A stretch of 63,996 nucleotides of DNA, counting the filler, from Collodictyon triciliatum (Eukaryota), in assembly GCA_043381765.1 (NCBI GenBank). It is 5 parts of 5 records of this genome, joined end to end, with 100 filler letters (N's around TTAATTAATTAA, not from the genome) between each part and the next. Parts side by side here need not be neighbours in the genome. Positions count along the whole stretch, not along the records: positions 1 to 14,993 come from JBHJMP010001743.1; positions 15,094 to 30,085 come from JBHJMP010001744.1; 3 more parts are not named here. One strand, 5' to 3'. Under the pieces are notes generated by a model. The model made no database searches. It had not been told where the DNA came from and saw nothing but the letters and a program-made list of their open reading frames with translations. Positions 1 to 25,700 of this stretch are shown piece by piece. The translations under genes and the position numbers were made by a program. Each line of letters begins with the position of its first letter. Within the stretch, counting starts at the first letter, position 1.

Positions 1-12825
<12,825 letters not shown>

Positions 12826-12914
12826 TCTAGAGGCGTAGAGCCCTTGGAAACGTTTCGTCGACTTTGGTGAGTGGGCTTGACTAAAACCTTCTGACTGAGA
12901 GACTAGTCTAACTT

Positions 12915-14552
12915 ATGACGACAAACGTTCCAGAGGCCTTGCGATGGGACAGGAGAAATGAGCTGGTGTTGGTATTTCTAGACAGGGACAAAAATGACTT
13001 TGGCGTGCTTTGGAATTACATGCATATCTCTGTCACAATAAAACTCTGTACAGAGGAGAAAGAAGAAAAGCAAAAAGAAAAGCAAAAAGAAAAGCAAAAA
13101 GAAAAGCAAAAAGAAAAGCAAAAAGAAAAGCAAAAAGAAAAGCAAAATGAAAAGAAAAAAGAAAAGAAAAATGAAAAGAAAAATGAAAAGAAAAATGAAA
13201 AGAAAAATGAAAAGAAAAATGAAAAGAAAAATGAAAAGAAAAATGAGAAGAAAAAGAAAAAGAAAAGCGAGGACGATGATCTGAGCGAGAGCATGGGCTG
13301 TAATGAGAGCCATGACTGCTAGTATTTGAAAAACGCTTATTTGCTTTTGAACAGGCTCTAGAGTAGGAGCTAGCTTTGGCTGACGAGTGGATTACTAATC
13401 AAAATAGACCATTTTTTTCATTTTCACCTTCAACTGCAAAGGAAGCACTTTTTTTGGAGCAAACCAACAGCTTTCTTCAGCGATTCAACTCATATAATCT
13501 CAACATTATCAACGCCCAGCCGCCTCTGAGTGATTCATCCTCGCCGTATTGTCTTGTGTATCTTCCCTTCTTTTCTTGTTTTTTGTTTTTTTTTGCTTTT
13601 TTTTTGCCTTTTTTTTTGCCTTTTTTTTTGCCTTTTTTTTTGCCTTTTTTTTTGTTATCTCTGGTGTGTTGCGCAAGCTCTTTTGATCATTTGCGAAAAT
13701 TACTTGCGAAATCATTGCTTATTTGGAATCCGTTATTTCTTACTTGAGGTTTATATAAATATGGAATATAAAATATTTATTGATTTTATAATGTATGATA
13801 CGGCTAATGGAACTGAGGATTTGCACACAGTTTTACTTGTGATATTGAATAGAAAGTAAGGGTAGATATCATACAACACCCAGGAATTTCGATTCAATCA
13901 ATGTATTGCAGGTGATCTTTAAAGGTGCGATGTAAGTTAATGTTCAGATAATTCACTAATTGAATGATTTTAACATATATTTAATAGAAATCTGCTTGAT
14001 ATGATAAAATTCTATGAATACTCCAGTCCATATCCAGCTCCATTCTCGGATTGTTTTCTTTGTGCGTCTGGACAAAAGCAGCGTCGACAAACACCCCCAG
14101 AAAGAAAGATGGCCTTCCAAATAAATCGTATTCAAAAAGCCTCATTCAACACAAACTGCCCCACGCAAGGAACCAACGAGCCTTCTCCGCAGATGCAGGC
14201 TTAGGTAAGTGAACTGGTCCGAGTAATCCTAAAGAAAACACCACGCATACATTCTTTTCTGTTGGCAGATACCTTTAGATTTGCGCAATATTTCTCAGCC
14301 GGGAGCCTCTTAATCATCCAAACCCAGGGCCGAGTTTGTTGGACGCAAGAATGGAGCCATAAATCTGGTGCAGTGCCCGAAGATGGTGCTCTCTTCCCTT
14401 TGTCTTTTTTCGTTCTGTCCCTTCCTTGATTGAGACTATTCACAGCTGTGTATAAAGACGCAAGTGTTCACCAAGGCAGATTATTGGTCATGCACCGGCT
14501 TGCCTGGCTGTGTGACATCTGGACAACAATCGTGTTTACTGGACGAAGATGA
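12915..14552 (+). CDS. Possible multi-exon hypothetical gene, head-to-head with dynein
   Basis: ATG 12915 with a phase-compatible GT-AG chain (exons near 12915-12971, 13367-13545, 14038-14204, 14269-14385, 14446-14552). No recognisable domain. Confidence 0.25.
13063..13267. repeat. 12-bp A-rich tandem repeat (GAAAAGCAAAAA / GAAAAGAAAAAT)n
   Basis: Directly visible tandem units. Confidence 0.95.
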
Positions 14553-14908
14553 CACCGCTCCTTCCCTGCGGCGAGGGTCGGCACAGTCACCATCACCTCT
14601 CAATCGCCAACAACCAAGTTGTCCAGCCTCACTAAAGCGCGACTCTTAACCCTCGCAGCTCACCAGTTGTTTTCAGTATTATTGGATTTCTTCTTGACTC
14701 CAAATCGACTTCCTTTCTGACACGCAGCTGAGCGAGTTTTTTTTTTATTTTTATTAAATCACTCCCTCTTTAATTAAACTAGAAATATTCTTGCTGCCCA
14801 CAGCCCCGTAGCTAAAGGTGTGTTTGGTTGAATCACGCCCTAATTGCTTGTACGAAGAGCTGCAAACATTTCGCAGATGTCCTATTATCCACATCCCCGA
14901 ATGTGTAA

Positions 14909-14993
14909 ACAAAAAACAAAAAACAAAAAACAAAAAACAAAAAACAAAAAACAAAAAACAAAAAACAAAAAACAAAAAACAAAAAACAAAAAA
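14909..14993. repeat. (AAAAAAC)n repeat at contig end
   Basis: Tandem 7-mer running into the N linker. Confidence 0.95.
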
Positions 14994-15093
14994 NNNNNNN
15001 NNNNNNNNNNNNNNNNNNNNNNNNNNNNNNNNNNNNNTTAATTAATTAANNNNNNNNNNNNNNNNNNNNNNNNNNNNNNNNNNNNNNNNNNNN
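14994..15093. other. Artificial contig linker N44-TTAATTAATTAA-N44
   Basis: An identical 100-bp structure with stops in all six frames recurs four times. Confidence 0.97.
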
Positions 15094-15687
15094 CAACAAT
15101 GCACACTTTGCAGCAACGGTGATGAATCCATTGAGCACACATTTGTGCAATGTCCCTTCGCTCAAAACCTGCGCGAAACAGCCGGTGAGATTGTTCGACT
15201 GACACTCAAGACAGCTGCGGCTGTTGGTCCAATCCAGGCGATATTTGGGCCTATACAACAGCCGCGCCCAGATGCAAAAACATTCTGGGCAGTGACGCGA
15301 GGCCATCTGCTATGGACTATGTGGATAGCACGTATATACTCACGCAAAGCAAGACTCAACAACCAGCCACCCATTCCCGATAATAGACTGAATGACATCA
15401 TACAAATCCCTTTCCTCAATAGCTTTCTTCGCCACCTGCACGTTCTCTACTATTCAGACCCCGTGAGAAGAGACATGTGGATAGAAGCTGAGAAAGATAT
15501 TTAACCTCGCCTTGTATCTCTCATGCAAGCACAAGACCCAGGCTACAGGCCAAAGCGCAGGATGCAATTCCTGATTACCGACTGCTTCTCCGCCACCCGG
15601 CCAACAAGTAGCGTCCATGCAAACGATGGCTAGCGAACCAAAGCCAAAACCTCCACCATCCTGCACAAAATTGAAAGGAAAAAAAAA
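15094..15687 (+). mobile_element. 3' end of a non-LTR retrotransposon ORF2 (L1/Tx1-like, zf-RVT zinc knuckle); ORF stops at 15504, putative 3' UTR ends in A9
   Basis: QQCTLCSNGDESIEHTFVQCPFA (CxxC...E..H.F..C) followed by LLWTMWIAR (WxxWxxR). Intronless; 5' part cut by the contig edge. Confidence 0.8.
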
Positions 15688-15992
15688 CCTGAAATGACAG
15701 GAAGTTGAAAAATAAAATGCATTGAGCTACTTATGTTCGACTCTTCACCCTTTTCTTGCGGAATAAAAAATGCACTAACCACGCAAACATTAAAAAAAAA
15801 AGGTTTTTCATTGTTTTTTTCTTCATGAATTGACTTTGTTTAATCACAACTGATTGTTGAATGGTAGCCTTCGTATATCTCTTGTGATATTACTGGCTTC
15901 ACACGATGGGACGTGAACCCGATTTCAGCACAAATGTTCTATATATACTTCCTTCTTTTTTCTTTTCTTTTTTTTTGATTGTGGCAGTCTTG

Positions 15993-18900
15993 TCACACAA
16001 GTTTCCTTCCAATAACAGAGACTATGCAGTCGTCCAGGAGGCTTCGTCCCATCCACAAAGCAGCGGCGTCTACCGATTTGATTTGCAGATGCTCTCCAAG
16101 TTCATCCTATCGTGTGTGTTAGTTGGTTATTAATTTTATTTTTTTGGTGCAGGTTCGAGAATTTATTTTTTTTCAAAAACAAATGAAAAGGTGAAAAAGA
16201 GAAAGAGACCTTTCTGAATCCGGCTATGTTTAAATAATCAACAGCACCGTCAAAGCGAGCGAGCTGCGTCGATATTTTTTTTTTTTGAATCACAATTAGA
16301 TGATGTCCAAATGAATACACATGGATGTTACGTCGCCAAAATCTCCTTACTTAAGTTCTCCAAAACGTTCATATTACTGTTTCACTATTACCTTGGAATA
16401 AAATGAGGGATTCGTGAGACGTAATTTCTTGAACTTCTCCTCTGCAGGATGTGTCAGCACATTTTTAATGCACTGTGACAGTGTTTGCAAAGCTATTTCC
16501 CTGTCTGTCATTGTTTATGATAGTCTGTTTACAATCTGCATCGAACGAGATAGTGAATGGTGAAACACGATATCTTTATGGATTCATATCCGATTTCGTT
16601 CAAGGATTTGCATAACCAGCATGGTTACCTTTATCGTCTTGGGCGTATACAATGAGCGCTGTCAAGAAACGATCGAGAGCTTGGTTGTATCTGCTAAGCA
16701 TTGACTGAGAGGCCTCTGCTACGGCATGGGTAGTGGTGGGGACATCACTAAGATTCTGGCCACCATCACCAGACTGCAATTCTCTCAGAGACCTGCGTAT
16801 AAATATTGCACTTCACACTCACAGGGATATTGATTCTTTCGTAAAACGGAAGTGGTAAACGGAGTAATTCAATCAAATTTTTTCATTTTGTCTGAAAAAT
16901 TTCCAGAATAATTTTTTAGAGTAAAAAGAAAAAAAAGTGAGCCAAAAGAAAAATTATACGACACATACAAAACAAACCTTTTTTTTTCCACCAAAAGACG
17001 TATTAATTCCGATTGTACTTCTTTGGGCTGTGGCAACTGCTCGCTCCCGGTCATAGAACTACTTTCTTTGCCTGAGGGATCGTCCTTCATATAAAATGAT
17101 AAACATTTGCGTTGTGTTGACTGATTATTTACAATTAAAATTATATTCGCATTGAGCTTCAAAAAAAAAAAGCGACATGATAATAAAAATCAGATAACAA
17201 TTCAGGGGGAAAAATGAAAGAACGAGGTGAAGACAAAAAATGGAGATAGAGAGGCCAGAACCAAACTTTTGACTCATTGAATACTGGAGTACAAAAAAAA
17301 AAAAAAATTTAGATACCTCTTCAACATATGGAAGCAGTTTCTCATTATCTTCTGCCTTATCATAGCTATGGCTTTTTGGTACAGATGGAGATTCAGCGTC
17401 TAGAGGGAAAATGATGCGAAAATAATGCCTCAGTAATAATTATTCGTTGGTATTACAAGGGCATAGATAAACAGGAGCTATTATTCAGTGAATAACCTAG
17501 GAGAGGTTTGGCCATTTTCTGTCTTGCAATCGCAGCATTCGCAGCTGCCATGCTAGGGGCAAGTCGATGAGATGCCGACAGAGATCCTCCAGTTTTATGT
17601 CCTTTTGATAGAAATTTGATTCGCAAGACATATTTTCAAAAAAAATCAAAGAAAAATAAAGAGAAAAGAATAATTATGATAAATATGATTATAAATGAAG
17701 TTTGATTGCAGAACAAAATACTTAAGTTTATCAAAGACTGATATTGATGGCATAAATTTCAATATTACATTGTGAGAGGTGGTTTTTTTTAAAAAAAAAA
17801 AAAACTATCCACAAAATTTTGCTGAAAATATGTCGAATAACACTCACCGCTAGAGTGGCTATCTCGTAATATTGCCCGAGTACTTGATTTATGATAATCA
17901 CCTTCTAACAAAGGGGATATTTAAACAAATAACAATCTAGAAAAGAGTCACGCTTCATCATCGCAGTAAAATATACGTCTGTGAGAGCCTTTGATCAGAT
18001 ATGTATTACCGATCAGTTTATTTCCCGATGAGGTGGAGGTCCAGTCCCATTTTTGGTACTCAGCTTGCAAAATCCTAAGAAGGTCGTAAAAATCCTTGTT
18101 GTGTTGATCGTGGATCATGTGAGAAAGCTCATGCAGCAGGGTATCCTTGATTCTGTGCAGGTGTTTGCAGATGCGAGTTTAGTGAGTGTTTTTGCCTTGG
18201 TTTGTATTTGGGTGATCTTTGACATTATGAAAGAAAGCCCTGCTTACGTATCGTATCTTCTAAAGCCTTTCAAGTCGTCCGTGCGGAGACGAAGGGATAT
18301 TTCCATGCCGCGCCCTTTATTGAAGCCGAGAATGCAGATTTCGGACACTCCGACCTTGTGTAATGGCGCAAAATCGTTTCTGTTATGGAAAGCTTCGAGT
18401 TCGATACGCCACTATCATGAGTCTGAATAGCAGTTATCAAGAACAAGATTGACATGAAAGTGAAGAAGCCAACTTTTCCTTCCGGCTCCATTTCAGACAA
18501 AAGACCCACGCGCCATTTGTACTTTTCCATTATATGACATATTGCTATGGTAGGATTTGGTGGGTGAGTCGGCGAAAAAATCAATACATAGGCTAAGTGG
18601 CCTTGAGTTCACAAAGCGATATAATAGTCTCAACACATCTATGGATACAAAAAGAAAGAGACATATCCAACTATCCGTATCATAAGTTTTCATTTATCTA
18701 TCTTTTCATTATTTATTTCATAATATTTGTAAAAATCATATTCGTCAAAATGAATATGTTGATATCTGAGTTTATGGGTGAGCGCAAAGAAAAATAATAG
18801 AGACAGACCGCGGTCATCGGCAAGTTTGTGAAGGAGATCCATCGCACGCGCTGGTGGAGGCGTTTGGTGGTGAGGAAGAACGCGGAACTGTGAGAAGGTA

Positions 18901-19438
18901 TACTCGCTGTGCCGCTTCTTTTGCACATTGCGCCCAACATTCCTATCGAGGAAGAGCTGCTGCTGTTCCTGTTGCGCCTTGTGCCTGTCCAGAATCCTGT
19001 CCAGCTCCTCCACATCCTAGGATGCATATTTACTTAACATATTTATCTATATATTTGTCAGAAACTGTAAAAGAGGGGGTTTTAATTGATTTTATGATTT
19101 TTTTTTAAAAAAAAAAATATGAAAAATGGAGCTGTCCATACCTCGTGCGCACTATGCTGTAAAAGACGTATCTTCGGAGTGTTTGGCCCGATGCCAAGTT
19201 TCTCGAGGGTCAATGCAGACTGAGCCTCTTTCAACTGACGCCCGTCATGCAGTAGCCTCTGCAAGTCCACAGGGATTCCGGTCAACTGCTCGAGCCTTTG
19301 TTGCAGATCGCAGAGGAGTGTTTGTGGAGTCACTTGAACCGCAACACTGGAGCCACGCACAGCAACGCTCACTGCAAAGCTGCCTGCTGACGAGTTCTCT
19401 TCGCCTCTTCCCTGGTCGTTCTCATCTTGGCTCTGCAT
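15993..19438 (-). CDS. Ubiquitin-like + WLM (Wss1-like) metalloprotease + PUB domain protein
   Basis: UBL (LQQRLEQLTGIPVDLQRLLHDGRQLK). WLM: IMEKYKWRVGLLSEM, LGFNKGRGMEISLRLRTDDLKGFR, TLLHELSHMIHDQH (HEXXH). PUB: CIKNVLTHPAEEKFKKLRLTNPSFYSKLARFDGAVDYLNIAGF. All introns GT-AG. Confidence 0.92.
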
Positions 19439-19856
19439 CGCTTCTCTCTTCCTTTTCCTTCCTTTTCCTTCCTTTTCTTCTTGTTGCTCTTGTTTCTGCG
19501 ACAATTGCTATTGTTGTCTTTACTGCTGTCTTCTCTGTGTGGACGTGGTTATCACAAACATCCTTCGCTTAGTGGGCCGCGAATGAAAGAGGCGTTCCTT
19601 TGGCCGTTTTTTATAAGGTTGCGGTCCGCACCCACCCGTGGAACAGATCGATGGAGCTTTGGAAGCTTCTTGGAATCAGAAGGATTCTATGCCGGGAAGT
19701 TTGGGATAAAGCAGGCGCGTGGAAGAATCGGGCACCGAATGCAGACATTGGTGCGTCCAAAAACGAAACGCCCTTCATCGCTGCTCTTTAAACATTGATA
19801 TCGGTTGTTTTTTTGTTTTTTTTGTTTTTTTAATGACGCGCGCTTTTCGAGGAAGT

Positions 19857-22208
19857 CTATTCGTTAAGAACGGCGGGTTCGACTGACGGGACATCTTCGG
19901 TGGTGAGGAAGTTTGCCATGGCCTTTGCAGCCTCGAACGTCTCGATTCCGCTGGGGATGATTTGGTTGGCCGGCAGAAGGAAGCCTGGTATGATGAGTTG
20001 TGATGAGTTGTGATGAGTTGTGATGGAGAGATATATAGAGATATAGATGGAGAGATATAGGTGAGATAGAGATGGAGATATATAGAGATAGAGATGTAGA
20101 TGGGATGGAGATATATAGAGATAAGTGGGAGGAACAAACCGTAGCGGCCGGTGTCGCGGAGCTCAACACCAAATGACTGGACAATCTTGCGGGAGCCGTA
20201 TGCCCAATCGGCGCTGGAGCCGCTGGCCACGTAGATGATGTTTGCGATGTTGCCGACCTGGTAGGCTGTGCCGTAGGGCTTGCGGAGTGCAGTGATGGCA
20301 GCATTGCCAAGGCGCTTTTGCACGGCATCGTCAGCAGGCAAAGCAGTGGTGTAGCCTGCGGATGTGCGTTTTCAGATTGATTGAGACCGAGAGAGAGAGA
20401 GAGACAGATTCTGAGATGTATATATGAAAGGGTGGCATACAGAAGTTGGGAAGAGAAAGACTGCAAACCCCATGGGCTCATCCACAGCTGGCTGTAGGCG
20501 TGGAAGTCGATGTATCCCACCACGTTGGACTGGCTGGTCAGGAAATCAGCCATGGCTTTGTTCTCGGGCTCAGAGAAGGGGCCGGATCCGTGGTATGAGT
20601 CGGAGCAAGGGTTGGAGGAGGAGCCGCCAGTGTTCCAGTTGTATCCCCTGATACAGGTTGGTGTCGGTGTGTTTGATGAGTAGGCGCTTTTGCGTTTGTT
20701 TATAGATACATTGATGCAGTCGTACCAGTTGCGGTTGGTGTCCACACCCGCGCAGACGCCGTTGATGCGGCGATTCTTTCTCCACATGCGGTCGTTCGTC
20801 TGCATGCAGTAGCGTATCGAATCAGAATGGGATGTTAGAAATACACATATACCCGGCACAAATAGACAAACCAAAGAATGGTGCTTGAACCAAACGCATG
20901 TGTGCGCTCAAATCAGAAGAAGAAGAAAAAGAGGGCTTTGTTTGGGCTGTCGGCAGCCGAATGAATTTTGCAGACGGATAGATAGAGTCATCAGATAGAA
21001 TGAGGCACGCACCCAGGAGTAGATGTATCCGTCCGGATTGAGCACAGTCACGATAATCCAGTCAAAGCGGTCGACCACAGCACGGACAGAGGTGTCTGAC
21101 GCATACTTTGTGACAAGCTCGTTGGCGATGTAAGCAACGGTGGCGCAACTGATCCATTCACTACATGTGTTTTGCAATCGTGGTTGTAACGTCAATAAAT
21201 TAAAAGAAGGAAGAAAATAGACAAAAAAAAAATAAAACAAAAAGAAATCACTCATGAGACGAGAGCGAACGCTATCAATTAAAAGATAAATGATATTTAA
21301 ATATGAAATATGAAAAAAAAAAAAAGAGGTATTCAAACCGGGCGTGCTGGCAGCCGTTGTAGACGATCTTCTGGCGAGAGCCGTTTCCACCAGACGAAAT
21401 GCGGATGCCGACAATCGGGCGGCCTTCGAGGGATGTGCCGATTGTGACGGTGCTAACGAGGCTGGGATATGAAGACGCAAGGTTCTTGAGGAAGGTGATG
21501 TGCGCTGTGGAATTGATGTTAGGTGAGTCTCATTTCCATGGAAAGCAGACAGGTTGCATGCATTTAGTGTGTGTATGTGTGTGATGTTTAGATATCTTAT
21601 ATCCACAGCAGCATTCGCAGAAAGTAGAATAAAGGAAACGCACAGTCATATGTCTGGTAGTCGTCAAAGAAGCCGGCAGTGGAGGCGTTGTTGCCATTCA
21701 CGTTGAGCGAAAACTTTGTATTCTCATCGATGAGAGCCTGCGCAAAAGGATAGGAAGGGTCAAACAGTTTGTATATATTTTGTTTCTTTGATTATTATTC
21801 TAGTCGATCGGTTCTTTTTCCCGTTTCTTCCTTACGGAATTCCAGCCGCGGGAAAGAGGAAGAGGGACAGACAACTCAAGAAAAGGAAATGTATGGAAAA
21901 AGGGCGAGTCAAACCTGGACGTCTGGGATGAAGACTTCATAGGGAATGTGCAGGCCTTCCACAACGGCATCGAGGGCGGGCGGCACGCGGATGTCAACGT
22001 AGCCCAGGCGGACAGCATCGGACCATGAGTCAAGCTCCTCATAGGTCTCGAGCAGAGCCTCCAAAGCGTGCATGTGCTCCTCCTGCTGCAGGTGGAAGCG
22101 CAGAACCCGGTGCTGTTCGTAGCGCTTCACCTCGGAGGCGGCTTCGACGGAAAGAAGGCATACAACTGCAAGAGTCGCAATGATGGCGAGGGTGCTTCGC
22201 GGATTCAT
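19857..22208 (-). CDS. Secreted zinc carboxypeptidase A/B (M14A) with signal peptide and propeptide
   Basis: Signal MNPRSTLAIIATLAVVCLLSVEA; propeptide with VDIRVPP; GCQHAREWI, NPDGYIYSW, RMWRKNR, GVDTNRNW, FSEPE, DFHAYSQ, ASGSSADW, ELRDTGRYGFLLP. Confidence 0.96.
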
Positions 22209-22240
22209 CGCTGCGGGTTTTATTGTGGTTGTTTTGTTTC

Positions 22241-22332
22241 TGTTTTGTTTTGTTTTGTTTTGTTTTGTTTTGTTTTGTTTTGTTTTGTTTTGTTTTGTTT
22301 TGTTTTGTTTTGTTTTGTTTTGTTTTGTTTTG
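22241..22332. repeat. (TTTTG)n immediately upstream of the carboxypeptidase ATG
   Basis: Tandem pentamer. Confidence 0.97.
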
Positions 22333-22728
22333 CTTCTGCGGTCTTTGTTCGTGGTTAGAAGGTGCTCTGCTGGGCAAAGATCCCACAGAAGCTGATTCAT
22401 CTCTGAGTGCGCCGCGATCATTGCAAGGCCGGGTGTGTTTATATACTGGTGGGCCACGAATGGTTCGACGGTGGGAAATTTAGGACTGGTTGCAATATAT
22501 CCGGTCCAGTATTTTCCAGATTTGAATGAAAGGCAGAACATACGTTGATGGAATCCCTTTTTGGACAGAAATGTACGGTATTTATCTACTTTGGTACGTG
22601 TGGCCTGCTGTGGTGCATCTCGTGTGGTGCTGACCTGTTTCTGGAAAGAATAAATGTAGTCAGGATTCGACTCGCTGAAAGTACCAGTATGTCACGCTCT
22701 GTGCGAAAAGAACAGCCAAAAACAAAGG

Positions 22729-25700
22729 TTAGAGGGTATGAGCGAGTTTGCCGATGAAGAGTATGACTAGCCGCGGGTACCGTTGGTCGAGTGATGCAGG
22801 GTCGAAGCCTTCAAAGGTTGAAACGAGCAGCTCCCAAAAGACAGAGAGCGCCAGATTGCAGAAGGCCAAAGCAACCATTTTCAGGCGAAAGTCAAAGGGT
22901 AAATCGACTGATAGAACAGGAAAACTCAATCAATCGAAATGCTGAAGGGATTAGAATGGATCGATAATGCAAAAACTGTGGGCAAACCAAATCATTTTAC
23001 ACAAAAACTGTGGCCCAGAAACTTGTTAGTGACGACGACAGTAGAATCAAGAAGGAACTATCCATATACACAACCCTCGAGAAAAGGACGCCACTTTTGA
23101 ATTCGTTTCAATGTGATTACCTATTTGGAGCAGCTCCTTGGTCTGAGGGTGTGCATACAAAACGACCATGATGCACAGGCACCACTTCGACAACATGGCG
23201 GCAGCAAAACTGCGGTTCCGATAGAATGGCTGACGAAATGGTTTTGATACAATACTGAACGCAAAGGCTGTGATGATGTACTGGAAATTGGAGTACAAAA
23301 ACACTATCGTATTATCATATCCTTTCAGGGCATAAGCATCACCATTTGCGTTCGTAGGCTGCGTGCGGTGTCCGATATATGCGCGAAAAATAAAGATTCA
23401 AAAAAAAGGGCTACTTTACGCATTCAATTATATAATTGATGTGTGTGCTTTGTTACTGACGCTTATAAGTGGCATCATGGTATATTACCCACACTTTATC
23501 CCGAACAGTAAACACCACAATATATCAATAAACAAAAACAAATAATAATTGTATGCTCAAATCCAGTATTTGCAAAACATATCATAAAAGTTATTTCAGA
23601 GTCGAAAGGAGGCCAACCTTGAAGAAATTTTGCGTGGTTCCGTAGAAATGAACACCCACCTGAAAGAAAAACTATTTGGTCCCGTAACAAACGAGATTAG
23701 ATAGTTTTACAAGATTACCTCGGATGCTACATCTTGTAAACTGACATTGATTCTCGAATCTTTACAATATTTTTTCTTCAAGAGACAGCAGACCTGGATA
23801 GCACCTTGCCCTATGATAGAACTTAAGACGCCCTTAGAAAGCAAGCTGCTGGGTGGCTGCTGCCATGTTAGTTTCTCATATGCACCAGTCCGTCCCATCG
23901 TCACCGCCAACGGCAAAATAAGAAACAGGTCGATGAATAGGAACTGAGAGGCAAAATATTACAGATAATAAGAGCATGTTTCAACTTCGCTTGAAAAAAA
24001 GTTGTAAATAAAGATATAAAGCTTGTAGAATAAAAAATTTCAAGAAACTTTCGACCATACTAGTAAATACTTGAAATGCTTCAATTTGAATTGATTGTGT
24101 CAAGAAAATGTTACTTGGTTGTTCCCTAGCGTGATACTCAGGGTGTACATTTGAAGCACAGAAATAAATTGTATCAGAGAGTACAGACTCATGAACTTGA
24201 AGCACTGAAACGATGTAGCCAAAGCAGCACGTCCCTCTCTGATTAATTTGAACATGCCGTTAATAACAGTAACATGCACCTTATCCATATCGATATGGAT
24301 CTCACCTTATTACACTTACAACACAGTCTATGCTTGGGATGTGGCTGGTCAGTGGTGCTGCTATAGATGCTTCTGCTTCGCTTAAAGAAATACCAACCTG
24401 GAAATTGGATGATAGCGATGGCACATTAGCGATACGATGAGTCTCACAATGACTTACTTGCTATGAGTGTATCATTCATGCTTCTTTTTTCATTTTTTGG
24501 CTAGGCAGCAAGATGTTTGACATATTGAATTATATTAGAGCCGCTAATCGACTTCAAATATTCGATGAGAGAAGAAAGAGAAGAAAAAATACTCATCGCG
24601 TGCGTGTAAAATATCATATGTGTAACCTGAGCTGCACGGAGTGCTCCACAATCGTTGGCCCCGTCACCGCAGAAAGCAGTACAGTGTCCCATAATATTGA
24701 ATTCATCCACCAATTGAGACTTGTGTTCTGGCGCCATTCTGGCAAAAACCTTACAATTATTTACAATCTTCTGAAAGGCATCTATCCTACTTTGCAACAA
24801 TGCCAGGTTGCTATCATCATATAATGGTTCGATACATGATTCTACATCGTGCGCACCAATCAAAGTGTATGGGTTCATACTATTCGTGAGTGTTTTTTGT
24901 CTTGCATTCCTTTCAACTTGCCTTTGCATGGCAAACTGAGCACGAGATTTCCTTGTGTACAAAAAGATAAGGTTATCATTAAATTTTATAATCAAGACTA
25001 ATACAACATAACCGCATCAAATAATTTAGAAGAAAGTTTACATCTGATAAAGATGTTCGAACAAAACCCCTGTCATGGATAGTTGGTATGTTGTCGACAA
25101 CTGGGTGTCTATATATTCTTCCATATCACGCCTCTTTGGACAAGAAAACGGAGTAAGGGTTATCGGATTCAACTGGATATCCGAATTATCAACATTTCTC
25201 CAAACAATGGTCTTATCAATCGGGAGCTCAAAAAATGCTTGAACGTCTTTATCCAGTCTATTTTCAGATATGTGAACATCACGAGATTGGCCTCTTTGAA
25301 TGATATCTCCCAAAAATATTTGTGTATCAGCAGGCACAATCTGGCATTTTCGTGCCACGCTGATTCCAGTATGGGCGTTGTCACCTTTCAAAGTCACATA
25401 TTTGACCAAATATAAAGCCCATTTATTTGGGTTAATTATATAAACATGAAAACATATGAAAAATAACCTCTTGTATATTTGTAATGATAAAATTAGTGGC
25501 CTGAATAGTTCCTTTTGAATTGGAGACAAGATATATTTGCGTACCTGTGACCATTACGCTCTTTAAAGAAGCCCTCGTTAAGCGCTGGATTACGGCTAAG
25601 GTGTTATAAGCGATGAGAAAGTGAATAGATCATATTTTCATGCCAGACATCATGAAATAAATAGAAACAAATCATTATCATATATTGAACAAATCTACAG

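Noticed and set aside
12978-13313. Poly-Phe/Leu or Lys/Glu ORFs over simple repeats (also near 9430, 22180, 29881, 44851, 59623)
   Set aside because: Stop-free translations of microsatellites with no independent coding evidence.
15038-15049. Palindromic TTAATTAATTAA recurring four times between N runs
   Set aside because: Artificial contig-joining linker with stops in all frames; not biological.
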